A DNA stretch of 64,000 nt from Octopus sinensis (lineage: Eukaryota). The position numbers were made by a program, and so were the translations under genes. A model generated the notes under the pieces. The model searched no databases. It saw nothing but the letters and a program-made list of their open reading frames with translations, and was not told where the DNA came from. Positions 1 to 10,890 of this stretch are shown here, in pieces. How positions within the stretch are numbered: the stretch's first letter is position 1; each line of letters begins with the position of its first letter. The DNA lies in assembly GCF_006345805.1 (NCBI RefSeq), contig NC_043019.1:27465360-27529359 (forward strand), read 5' to 3'.

Positions 1-35
1 CACCTGCAGAGGGCGTCACTAATCATAACACGAAT

Positions 36-1349
36 ATGGCTTCCGATGTCAGTAAGTCACGGTTGGATTTCACGGAAGAAGAAATAAGAAAGGAGCTCTT
101 TCGGTATGGCATCAAAGATATCAACCGAAGTAGTTTACGTCAATTTCGAGAAGAACTTCGGAATTTGGTGAAAAAAATATCCTCAAGTTCTCTTCGTAAT
201 GTTGGTAAATCCACCTCGATTTCGTCTTCTTTCAACAACGTAACTGACACTTGTTTGAAAATCTCTCCTCCAGAACCCTTTTCTAAAACTCCTCCAACTG
301 CCAAGAACGTTGACGATAAGTCATGCCTGCCTCATACAGACGATCGTCGTCCTGCTAATTCCATGGAGCCGTCGATTGTTACCGTTTCTCACAATCGGCC
401 CCAGAAAACAGCTGAATGTTCCAAACACGTTGCTTGCAGAAGAAGCTGTCAATTGTTCAACAGTGCCAATAAGGTGGATGGTCACTCGGGTATGACACCC
501 AACCATCAATACACACACACTCAACAGCCACTGACTAATCGATCGGAAACGGAACATGAAAAGCAGGAGAATCTCCTTCAAACTTTCACCAGTAAAAACG
601 TTCCGCAGCCAAACCAGGTAAATAGATTTGATCATCCCAAGAACAAAGAAAACGCTTGGTCTCGTCATATCGCACCTTCGTCATCTTCCTCATCTCTCTC
701 ATCACAAGTATCGATCCCCAAACCATCACAAATCGCCTCCAACGACACCGAAAGCAATGCCATGAAAGATTATTTACTAAAGACGTTGAACAAACCTCCA
801 CGACTAAACACTTATGTTACCAAGAGGAAGATCTCTCGCAAAGGCTCCGATGGTAAACGTTACATCGACAGAAGTGAATCTGTGTGTAGTATCAGTAGCA
901 CTAGTTGTATATATGGCAGTTGCTGTAGCAGTATCGCTGACCCCGCTGAGTGCCAGAATCGTCTGAGAGAGATAACAAACAGAGGCGGCCAGTTCTGTCA
1001 AAGATCCCTGAGTTCTTGTGATAACCGGTTCAGGTCCTCAACTATAGTTACTCCATCACAGCCGAGGTTGAAGAAAAACAGAAAGACAGACCCCGTGAGT
1101 AGGTTCCATGAATTCCAAAGCTACTGGAAATTGCACAAGCCTCCCGGTGAAAATAATCACAACGCCCTTCGGTGGAGCATTAAAGAGAAAATTGCCAAAC
1201 ACGACGTCATAGGAAGCCGTCCACGGAAAACTTTCGTGCCCAATAATTATGTGATACCCTCACAAAACCCGAGACATTCTCTTCGATGGCAGGTGCGGAC
1301 TGATCTGGCTCACGGCGCGATGCCAACCACCAAATATAACGACTATTAA
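36..1349 (+). CDS. HYLS1: Hydrolethalus syndrome protein 1 homolog (centriolar protein), single-exon ORF, 437 aa
   Basis: Long uninterrupted ORF in non-repetitive sequence. The C-terminus KTDPVSRFHEFQSYWKLHKPPGENNHNALRWSIKEKI...FVPNNYVIPSQNPRHSLRWQVRTDLA matches the HYLS1 C-terminal box as I recall it (human [56 protein letters not shown]). It also has a helical N-terminal segment and a Ser-rich middle. Confidence 0.9.
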   Translation: MASDVSKSRLDFTEEEIRKELFRYGIKDINRSSLRQFREELRNLVKKISSSSLRNVGKSTSISSSFNNVTDTCLKISPPEPFSKTPPTAKNVDDKSCLPHTDDRRPANSMEPSIVTVSHNRPQKTAECSKHVACRRSCQLFNSANKVDGHSGMTPNHQYTHTQQPLTNRSETEHEKQENLLQTFTSKNVPQPNQVNRFDHPKNKENAWSRHIAPSSSSSSLSSQVSIPKPSQIASNDTESNAMKDYLLKTLNKPPRLNTYVTKRKISRKGSDGKRYIDRSESVCSISSTSCIYGSCCSSIADPAECQNRLREITNRGGQFCQRSLSSCDNRFRSSTIVTPSQPRLKKNRKTDPVSRFHEFQSYWKLHKPPGENNHNALRWSIKEKIAKHDVIGSRPRKTFVPNNYVIPSQNPRHSLRWQVRTDLAHGAMPTTKYNDY

Positions 1350-1644
1350 GGACGTTTTTCTCTATGTGTGTGATTTTCGTTTGAATCAGTTCATTCTTCG
1401 TATACTTAGTTTTACAGATTAAGTTGATATATATATATATAAATCAAGTTGTTGTACATATGTTGATTTGTTCAAATTAAGTTGTATATATTTTGATGTG
1501 TGTCCAAACTTTGTAAATATCTCTAAATGTAAAAACAGTTTTTCACCAGAATGAATGCATTTAATAGAAACAACAAAAATTGTACAATATACAATGTATT
1601 TATATTTCTACCACGTGTATAGTTTTTCTTTCCTGTATTTTTAA

Positions 1645-2600
1645 GATGAGGAATTATGTACGTTAATTACAATGGGAAGATAGGTGTCCTGACTGTGTTT
1701 GTTATCACAACGTTTCGTCTGATGTACTCTCCAGCCTTCATCGGGTGGAATTTCGAACCCAGCCCTTTATTTGACCAATGGGGTACACTGTTCTCATTCC
1801 TAAGATATGTTGCTTAGGAGGTTGTTGTGTCCTAGCATACGTGCAACCTCTCTTAATTTTCGTATTTTCCAGCGGTGTTCTCTGTTGATTATTTTAGCTT
1901 CATCCCACAGGGGCAGGTGGTGTCCGTTTTTCCACATCCCCTCATGTCACAGCTTTATGATGTTCCTCTACCCTTACTTTAAAAGGGCAGCTTGTTTCAC
2001 CTTTGTATAACCTACCACAGCTGCATGGCGAAACATACCGCCCCCTTAAAGTAAGGGTAGAGGAACATCCTAAAACTGTGACACGAAAGGGTGTTGAAAA
2101 ATCGGATGTAGCTGATCATGTATCGAAAAATGGAGACCACCTCCTGTTGTGGGATAAAGTTTAAATAATCGACTGAGAACACCCCTGGAAAATACGAAAA
2201 TTAAAAGAGGCTGCACATATGCTAGAACACAATAACCTCCTAAGTAAACCTAGTGCAGATATGAATTTAATATGAGAACCAGTATTAAGAAAAGATAAAA
2301 TACTAAGTTTATAAGCCCTAAAATTCACTCTATAATTATCCACAGATATATAGTGTAGTGGATAAGAGCATGGGCTACTAATCCTTGGATTCAAAGTTCA
2401 ATCACAGGTAGGGGCTTGAAAAATATCAACAGAAAAATAACATCAGCAACATCCCTTAGGAAGGAGAACAGTGTATCCCATTAGTCAAATAAAGGATTAG
2501 GTTCGAAATTCCACCAGAACACCTGATGGAGGCTGGAAAGTACATCAGCCGAAATGTTGTGATAACAACAAACAAGTTGAGGACACTGATCCATCTGTTG
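1645..2600 (+). mobile_element. Penelope-like retroelement 3' end (degenerate GIY-YIG C-terminus at ~2027-2300) preceded by an inverted copy (~1645-1995)
   Basis: Frame GETYRPLKVRVEEHPK..EKSDVADHV..LLWDKV*IID*EHPWKIRKLKEAAHMLEHNNLLSKPS, with stops. 1809-1995 and 1645-1805 are reverse complements of 2030-2248 and ~2455-2600. Confidence 0.8.
2518..2562 (+). ncRNA. Degenerate minimal type-I hammerhead ribozyme motif (Penelope pLTR)
   Basis: cac-CTGATG(g)-a-ggctg[gaaagtacat]cagcc-GAAA-tg-tt-gtg. An antisense twin lies at 1704-1748 (c(c)GATGA...GAAA-cg-tt-gtg). Confidence 0.55.
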
Positions 2601-2956
2601 TAAATAAAGTAGTTTTTCTTTCTTCAGTTAATACCTCATATAGTATTATGGCAACCTTGTGCCAAATAAAATTATTCTGTTTTAATCCCACTTCCTCAGT
2701 TTGGGATTGGAGGTAAGTGATCTCAACCATTTTCAACAGTGTTACAAAGTGAGGTAAAATTAACTGGTTTCGGATGTGAATTGAACTGCTAGAAATTAAC
2801 CATGCTATTCTGCTGTTCTTTATTACAACAGAGAACTATTGGGTAATTAACTCTTTAGCATTCAGATGATTCTGTCAAATGTAATGCATGTGTGTAGTCT
2901 GGCAAGATCTGTGTGTAAGATGATAACTCAACAGGAACTGCAAAAGTCCTTTCAGG

Positions 2957-3345
2957 ATCATCATCATCATCATCGTTTAACGTCCATTCTTCATGCTAGC
3001 ATGGGTTGGACGGTTCGACCGGGGATCTGGGAAGCCAGAAGGCTGCACCAGGCTCCGGTTTTATCTGGCAATGTTTCTACAGCTGGATGCCTTTCCTAAC
3101 GCCAACCACTCCGTGAGTGTAGTGGGTGCTTTTTACGTGCCACCTGCACTGGTGCCAGGCGAGGCTGGCATCGGCCATGGATTAGTGCATTTTACGTGCC
3201 ACCGGCACGGAAGCCAGTTGAGGTGGCACTGGCTTCGGCCACAATTCAGATGGTGTTTTTTACGTGCCACCGACACGGAAGCCAGTCGAGGCAGCGCTGG
3301 CATCGGCCACGATTCGGATAGTGCTTTTTACGTATCTCCAGTCCA
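2957..3345 (-). mobile_element. 5'-truncated RTE LINE copy (3' UTR with (GAT)n tail and internal ~55-bp repeats)
   Basis: Same sequence as the 3' end of the RTE copy at 40653-42950. Further copies at ~6000-6420, 14865-15035, 15985-16280, 25176-25685, 36838-37110, 37953-38365, 46010-46370, 51757-51915, 57180-57417 and 58040-58235. Confidence 0.75.
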
Positions 3346-3489
3346 GGGGTCCTGGCATCTTAAAATAATAATGAGCTTATTGTATACAGTGCTCAGGTAC
3401 ACCACAACTCATCAGAAAAAGTAGCCCAAAAGTGTATGAACAGTAAATAGAATAATGCACAGGGAGTGAACAGTGAATTAGTCATTTTA

Positions 3490-3960
3490 AAAAAATGTAG
3501 TTGGTGGGAGGTCATCAGGTGTACTGTTGGTGAATTTCAGGAAGCATGGGAGTTTTGAAGGATGTAGTGTCCCAACAGTTAACAACCAATGCAGGGAGTT
3601 TATTCCATGTTTCAAGAATTCTGAGTGTGAAAAAATGTTTCTGAAAGTCATGGGTGCTGGGTTGTTTTTTGATTTTGTAAGCATGTCCACAAGTGTTGGA
3701 GATATGGAATTCAAACATGTGCCCAAGGTTGTTGTTGGAAAGATGGTGGATAATCTTGTGGGTGTCTACCAAGTCAGTTACCAGACAACAAAGAATTAAT
3801 GTATCGATGCCCAGGGAAGCAAGATATTCAGAGTCTGGTTGATACCTGATGGTGGATATTCATCTAGTTACACATTCCTTAACAGTTTCCAGAAGATTGA
3901 TAAACTGAACAAGATAGGGGTTCCAGACTGGTGATGCAAACTTTGGACGTACCATAGCCA
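3490..3960 (-). mobile_element. CR1/L2-clade LINE, RT C-terminal fragment
   Basis: ORF 3515-3772 (NTCGHAYKIKKQ..DFQKHFFTLRILETWNKLP) matches the CR1-type motif TRGH..K......R..FF..RV...WN.LP. Confidence 0.75.
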
Positions 3961-4339
3961 TATACAGCTTTAAAAGATGGATTCCTTATATCTTAGTCCT
4001 TATCAATCAATCTGAATATTAGAGATTTTGTGATATAACCTAAGGTGAAGAACATGCAAAGTATGTACATCCATATAAAATTCATCATATATCACCATTG
4101 CCTTAACATCAACTTCTCCATGCTCGCATGGGTCAGATGGGATTTGTTGAGGGTAGATTTTCTATGGGCTGGATGCCCTTCCTGTTGCTAACCCTCATCT
4201 GTTTCCTATGTTTGTTGTGAGAGATGAAGGATAAACAACACCACTTGTATGATGGTTATGCTTGCCTACAACCATTGCATGTTGTCAAGACAAGGATACA
4301 CACAAAAACACACAGTCATACACATACATAAGGACAAGG

Positions 4340-5135
4340 AAGCCCTTGGAATTCCAAGATGCAGCCACGAATATAGATTATGTCGTATCTCTGTGGAAGA
4401 TATAACACATGTGATTAGCAGCTGCCCCAAAAATGTAATCAAGGTACTACCTCTCTATGTGACATGACAGTGTTGCAAAAACATACAATGCCATTTAGTA
4501 AAAAAAATTATAATAAATAAAAATAAATATAGGAGTGGCTGTGTGGTAAGTAGCTTGTTTACCAACCACATGGTTCCGGGTTCAGTCCCACTGCGTGGCA
4601 CCTTGGGCAAGTGTCTTCTACTATAGCCTCGGGCCGACCAAAGCCTTGTGAGTGGATTTGGTAGACGGAAACTGAAAGAAGCCTGTCGTATATATATGTA
4701 TGTGTGTCTGTGTTTGTCCCCCTAGCATTGCTTGACAACCGATGCTGGTGTGTTTACGTCCCCGTCACTTAGTGGTTCAGCAAAAGAGACCGATAGAATA
4801 AGTACTAGGCTTACAAAGAATAAGTCCCGGGGTCGATTTGCTCGACTAAAGGCGGTGCTCCAGCATGGCCGCAGTCAAATGACTGAAGCAAGTAAAAGAG
4901 TAATAGAGAATCCCCCTGTTATTGAATACATACACAAATACCAGCACGAGGAATACTTGTGTAACATTCCCATCAAAACATCTGTCAAGTGTAAGCATAA
5001 CAGGGCAGATATTGCTGCTTGGGGCAAACAAGAAAAAGTATGTACTGTCATAGAGGTCAGCTGTCCTGATGATGTGAATATTGCTTTGAAAATCAAAGAG
5101 AAAGAAGATAACTGTGGAGAGCTGCTTTGAAAGCT
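4340..5135 (+). mobile_element. RLE-type non-LTR retrotransposon fragment (R4/Dong-like zinc knuckle and restriction-like endonuclease), split by a SINE
   Basis: CRISVEDITHVISSCPK (CCHC knuckle remnant) at ~4375-4430. After the SINE at 4531-4905: KTSVKCKHNRADIAAWGKQEKVCTVIEVSCPDDVNIALKIKEKEDN (PD..IE..K pattern). Confidence 0.7.
4531..4905 (+). mobile_element. tRNA-derived SINE, family A (ggagtggctgtgtggtaag...gactgaaacaagtaaaagagta), with central microsatellite
   Basis: A-box and B-box-like head (tggctgtgtgg / ggttcagtccc). Near-identical copies at ~5151-5580(-), 6705-7155(-), 11224-11558, 18060-18540(-), 19942-20365, 30815-31258(-), 46760-47140, 49200-49595 and 58845-59185(-), among others. 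Confidence 0.85.
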
Positions 5136-5354
5136 CTAGCTTCTATATACTCTTACTCTTTTACTTGTTTCAGTCATTTGACTGTGGCCATACTGGAGCA
5201 CTGCCTTTAGTTGAACAAATCGACCCCAGGACTTATTCTTTGTAAGCCTAGTCCTTACTCTGTTGGTCTCTTTTGCCGAACTGCTAAGTTTCGGGGACGT
5301 AAACACACCAGCATCGGTTGTCAAGCAATGTTGGGGGACAACCACAGATACACA

Positions 5355-5417
<63 letters not shown>

Positions 5418-6931
5418 TATGACAGGCTTCTTTCAGTTTCTGTCTACCAAATCCACTCACAAGGCTTTGGTCGGCCTGAGGCTATAGTGGAAGACACTTG
5501 CCCAAGGTGTCACACAGTGGGACTGAACCTGGAACCATGTGGTTGGCAAGCAAGCTACTTACCACACAGCCACTCCTGTGCCTGTGTCCGGATTACTAAT
5601 TTACATTTATACCAATAACAATTGGAGCACTTCATCTTGTAAGTAAATGCTTGTCAGTATGGAAAAGCTTGAATTTTTAGAAAAAGAAATCAACTGACTG
5701 ACTCGCATATTGCAAATACAATCTGTAAGGAGAACAGTAAGACTATGCAATACTTTACTCAGGTTTAAAATGTGACATTGTTTTCATTATCTACATTCCA
5801 AAGATGGAGCTTTGTATCTCTGTTACAAAGCAACTCCATCTTCAGAGGAAGAATTTAAATGATTAAAAATTGAAAAGAACATACAGAATATTTGTACAAT
5901 GGGCTTCTTTCAGTTTCTGTCTCCTGAATCCACTCATGAGGCTTTGGTCAGTGCAAGGCTGTAGTAGAGTACACTTGCCTCAAAATTGCTAACCAGACAA
6001 CATCATCATCATCGTTTAACATCCATTCTCCATGCTAGCATGGGTTGGACGGTTCGACCGGGGATCTGGGAAGCCAGAAGGCTGCACCAGGCTCCAGTCT
6101 GATCTGGCAGTGTTTCTACAGCTGGATGCCCTTCCTAACGCCAACCACTCCGTGAGTGTAGTGGGTGCTTTTTACGTGCCAATGGCACAGGTGCCAGGCG
6201 AGGCTGGCAACGGCCACGATCGGATTAGTGCATTTTATGTGCCACCGGCATGGAAGCCAGTCAAGGCGGCGCTGGCATCGGCCACGATTCGGATGGTGCT
6301 TTTTACGTGCCACCGGCACGGAAGCCAGTCTAGGTGGTGCTAGCATCGGCCACATTCAGATGGTGCTTTTTATGTGCCACCGGCACTGGGATCGCAACTG
6401 CAGTTTCCATTGATTTTGATGTTGGTGTACATTCAGAAGAAATGCATCAATGTCATATTCTTTACCATTACAACGAGAAAATTCCAGAAGCTAGATGCAG
6501 CTGCTTAGCTTAGGAATACTGTTATTAGTAGCTATTGTCAGAGCCGTAAGAGAGCAGAGTAGGAAATAGTTTGCTGTATTCGTTCTGATTTCACTAAGCT
6601 CTGTGAACAAATTTCACTGACATCCACTTTGCCTTTCATCCTTTCGGATCAACAGAATATAATACCATTGCAGATTGGTGGATTTGCAGAATTGTTACAT
6701 TATTACTCTCTTTACTCTTTTACTTGTTTCAGTCATTTGACTGCGGCCATGCTGGAGCACCGCCTTTAGTCGAGCAAATCGACCCCGGGACTTATTCTTT
6801 GTAAGCCCAGTACTTATTCTATCGGTCTCTTTTGCTGAACCACTAAGTGACGGGGACGTAAACACACCAGCATCGGTTGTCAAGCAATGCTAGGGGGACA
6901 AACACAGACACACAAACATACACACACATAC

Positions 6932-6994
<63 letters not shown>

Positions 6995-7759
6995 TACGAC
7001 AGGCTTCTTTCAGTTTCTGTCTACCAAATCCACTCACAAGGCATTGGTGGGCCCGGGGCTATAGTGGAAGACACTTCTCCAAGATGCCACGCAGTGGGAC
7101 TGAACCTGGAACCATGTGGTTGGTTAGTGAGCTACTTACCACACAGCCACTCCTGCGCCTATTACTAATATTAATTGTGGCGCAATGTCAGTAATTTTGG
7201 TGGAGGGGGTTAAGTCGATTACATCAATCTCAGTGCTTCACTGGGCCTTATTTTATCAATCTCGGAGGATGAAAAGCAAAACTGCCCTCGGTGGAATTTG
7301 AATTCAGAATGCAAAGAGGAACGAAATATGGTTAAGCATTTTCACTGGTGTGCTAAGGATTCTGCTAGCTTGCCACCCTAAAAAGCATAATCGCTTCTCT
7401 GGCAGGGAACTGAGTCTCTGATTCCTGTGTCATGGGCAGGGACACTTACCAGTATATTATCAAGGGCCAGCCAAATTATTACTAATATTAATAGAGCTGG
7501 CAGAATGGCTTGCACGCTTGTCTGTCATTACGTTCTGAGTTCAAATTCTACTGAGGTTGACTTTGCTTTTCATCCTTCTGGGGTCAATAAAATAAATACC
7601 AGCTGAACACCAGGGTCAACGCAACTGAGTTATATATGCATTAAGAAGCCCATTGTATACACACACACACATACAAGGCTTCAATAGCACCCATTTTCCA
7701 CTTTGCATGTCCGTGCTGTTTCCAACACTTGCACCATAACACCACCAATAGTTTCAGAC

Positions 7760-7970
7760 CCCTCTTCTCTGATTTCTCTATTGATATGTAAACCCTCTCT
7801 TTCAGGTATCTCCAGGAGAAAAAATCCGGCTAGTCAAGTCTGGGGAACGTGAAGGCCATTCGAAGTAGAGCTCACACATAGTTCCAGCAAGATGGGACAA
7901 CTGCTCGTACCACAAAAGAAATAATGCAGTTCCTACGGCAATAGTTCTTTGGAGAGAGAATAATCTCCCT
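7760..7970 (+). mobile_element. Tc1/mariner transposase remnant
   Basis: FQQDGTTARTTKEIMQFLRQ*FFGERIIS resembles the FQQDGATAH..RETM..L..FFG.RLIS segment of DD-type transposases. Confidence 0.55.
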
Positions 7971-7989
7971 CTACAGCAATGTCAACTGG

Positions 7990-9205
7990 CCTTCATGTTC
8001 CCTAGACTTGATACATATATACAGGAGGGAAGACAGTACTTCCTCGAAAAGCCAGAGGAGAGGGACTTCCTGGAAAGTTCCAAGGAGGGGGAGTACTTCC
8101 TGGAAAGTTACGAGAAGTGGTGAAGGATGGGGAGTACTTCCTGGAAGGTTACGAGAAGTGGTGAAGGAGAGGGAGTACTTCTTTGAAATGTCTGAGGAGG
8201 AGGACTTCCTGGAAAGTTCCAAGAAGGGACGAGAGTACTTCCGAGGAGAGGGACTTCCTGGAAAGTTCCAAGGAGGGTGAGTACTTCCTGGAAAGTTCTT
8301 AGGAGGGTTGAAGGGGAGGGAGTACTTCATGGAAAGTCCGAGAATGGAGTGAATGGGAGGTGTTACTTCCTGGAAAGTTTTGAGAAGGGGTGAAGAGTAA
8401 GGAGTACTTCATTGACAGTTCCAAAGAGGGGTGAAGGGGAGGGAGTATTTCCTGGAAAAGTCCAAGGAGGGTTAGTTACTTCTACCCCTCCTGGACGTTT
8501 CTAGGAAGTACTACTTTTTCACCCTTCCTTCAAACTTTTCAGGAAGTAACTAAACATCCTCAAACTTTTCCAGGAAGTATTCCCTTCACCCCTCCTCGGA
8601 ACTTTCCAGGAAGTACTTTGCTTCACTTCTCCTTGAAACTTTCCAGGATGTCCTCTGAAGTTTCCAGGAAGTACTCCCATCCCTCTGTGGAGCTTTCCAG
8701 GAAGTTCCCCTCCTCGACTTTTCCAGGAAACACTACTTCTCCTTCACCCTTCCTTGGAACTTTCCAGGAAGCAACTAAACCTCACCTTCACCCCTCCTTG
8801 GAATTTTCAAAGAAGTCCCCTCCTCGATCTTTTCCAAGAAGTATTCCCTCCCCTTCAAAACCCTTCCTTGGAATTTTCCAGGTAATATACTTCCTGGAAA
8901 GTTCCTAGGATGTGTACTTCCTGGGAAATTCCAAGGTGTGGGTAACGGGCAGGGAGTATTTCCTGGAAAGTTCAGAGGAGGGGTGTGAAGGGGAGTACTT
9001 TCTGGAAAATCCAATGAGTGGGACTTCCTTGAAAGTTCCAAGGAGTGGTGTGCTGGGGATGGAGTACTTCCTGGAAAGCTTTGAGGAGTGGGGTAAAGAG
9101 AAAGGAGTACTTTCTGGAAAATTCTGAGGAGGGGGAACTTCCCGGAAAGTTCCAAGGAGTGTTGTGCTGGGATATAGTACTTCCTGGAAAGTTCCAAGGA
9201 GGGCT
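7990..9205. repeat. Degenerate 30-45 bp minisatellite (core ggagtacTTCCTGGAAagttcc) in three blocks of alternating orientation
   Basis: About 18 exact TTCC(T/A)GGAA plus about 7 other TTCN3GAA, by hand count. Blocks are ~7990-8470 (+), ~8478-8885 (-) and ~8886-9205 (+). Confidence 0.9.
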
Positions 9206-9559
9206 TGAATATGGGGGAGTTGGGGGAATAACAGTGTGGAAGAATGACATTAAATGGCAAGAGTAAAGTGGAGGATGTTTATGTGTGCAGGAGAGAAGGC
9301 AAGAGAGGAAGATAAGGTGTGAAATTCTGGTGTAGGCAGAGGGAGGGAAATGTAGGTTACAAAAGTGAGGGATGATTGAAGACCAAGAGGTGTGAAAGTT
9401 TTGAGAAGGAAGATGAGCTTCTGTTCCCTCTGAAAGTGGTTGGAGGTCTGATGCTGAAAGCCAAGCCAAAGACCAAGAGATGTTGGATGGATTGGAGTAG
9501 AAATATTGAGAGACTGTTGAGCCATTACCATGTGAACTTTCTCCATTTCTATTCCAAAA

Positions 9560-9695
9560 CATCCTCCTCCACAACCAACTAGGTCTCCTAAGTAACATAA
9601 ACTACCTACTATCTTTAGGGATCCTCCTGGATATTTGAGAAAATCTATTCCCCATGTATTCTTTATTTGTTTCTTCGGTGCACCTACCACAAACA
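9560..9695 (-). mobile_element. RTE LINE RT fragment
   Basis: GGSLKIVGSLCYLGDLVGCGGGC resembles the RTE motif LE.V..F.YLGD....GGGC. Confidence 0.6.
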
Positions 9696-10519
9696 AAGTC
9701 TATTTTTTCTGTTAACTTCCCTGTAAGTCCCCTGCACCTCTTGTGTGTCCATAGTCTGCACTTGGTATACTATATGGAATTTCTACAGATTGAATAGGGT
9801 CATTTCTCTAAAAGGAGTATTGACCATCACAGTCTGCAGGTTGTTGCTCCAATCTGATCTTTGCCAGATCAGATTGGAGCCTAGTGCAGCCTTCTGGCTC
9901 ACCAGCCCTCAGTCAAACCGTCCAACCCATGCCAGCATGGAAAGCGAACTTTAAATGATGATGATATATATATAAAGGAATACAAAAAAAAAGGGACAAG
10001 AACGCAAACCATCCAGACAGTTAGATGATACAAAAAAAGGGACAAGAAAAAACTAGGATGGGTCATTCGGAGTTTTCTTTTCTCAGGTGAGTTCCAGATT
10101 ATCTTTGCAATTTCGACTGGTTATACTCGAGATTTCTCCAATCTGGCCAGCCCCAAGGAAAAAACTATGTTAAGAGCATTAGATTCCTTGGAAGAAAGCA
10201 GCGATTGTATACAAAAATAAGGACGGAAAAAGAAACAGAGAGATGGTACACAAATACAAATAAGAGGACATTAACAACAGGTGTCTTTTGACTAAGGATT
10301 GGCATGGGCACAAATGTTAGCATGCTGGGCAAAATGAAGCAAAGCATTTTGTCCGTTTTTATGTTCTGAGTTCAAATGCCACTGTGGTTGATTTTGCATT
10401 TCATTCTTTTAAGGTCAATGAAATAAGCACCAATTGGGGTCTGGGAGGGATGTTATTGATTAACCCCTTTCCCAAAAAGTTTCAGGCCTTGTGCCTATAA
10501 TAGAAAGGATTCATCACCA

Positions 10520-10890
10520 TCATCATCATTATTATCATCATTTAATGCTTGTTCTCCATGCTGGCATGAATTAGTTTGACTGGAGCTGGTAAGCTGCACC
10601 AGACTCCAGCCTTTTTTGGTTTGGCTTCTACAGCTGGATATCCTTCCCAACGCCAACTACTCTGCAACAGCTGCTGAGTTTCTCTTACGTGTCACTGGCA
10701 TGGTTGCCTTTTATGTGTCACTGACACTGGCCATGATTTCACTTAGCTTGCTGTGTCTTCTCAAGCGCAGCAAGACACCAGATATCTTGGTGACTTGTCA
10801 TTGCCTTCATGGGACTCAGCACCCAAAGATCATATTTCACCACTTCGTCCCGCGTCCTCCTCAGTCTACCTCTTCTACAGATTCCCTCCA
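10520..10890 (-). mobile_element. Truncated RTE LINE (ORF C-terminus plus 3' UTR and tail)
   Basis: VEGICRRGRLRRTRDEVVKYDL..L is homologous to the ORF end at 40681-40881 and is followed by the (GAT)n-tailed UTR. Confidence 0.7.

Noticed and set aside
2628-2713. Possible + strand exon ending in a strong ggag|gtaagt donor (NTSYSIMATLCQIKLFCFNPTSSVWDW)
   Set aside because: No homology is recognised and no partner exons were found. It may be chance or a non-coding exon.
5765-5850. WD40-like peptide (RDTKLHLWNVDN) on the minus strand and a small 40-nt hairpin
   Set aside because: There is a stop after 24 codons and no good donor. The hairpin is too short for a pre-miRNA.
7971-9260. Overlapping ORFs of 70-160 aa with WNFPGS / EYFLES repeats
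   Set aside because: They are translations of the TTCCTGGAA minisatellite. Frames are broken between units and there are no splice signals.
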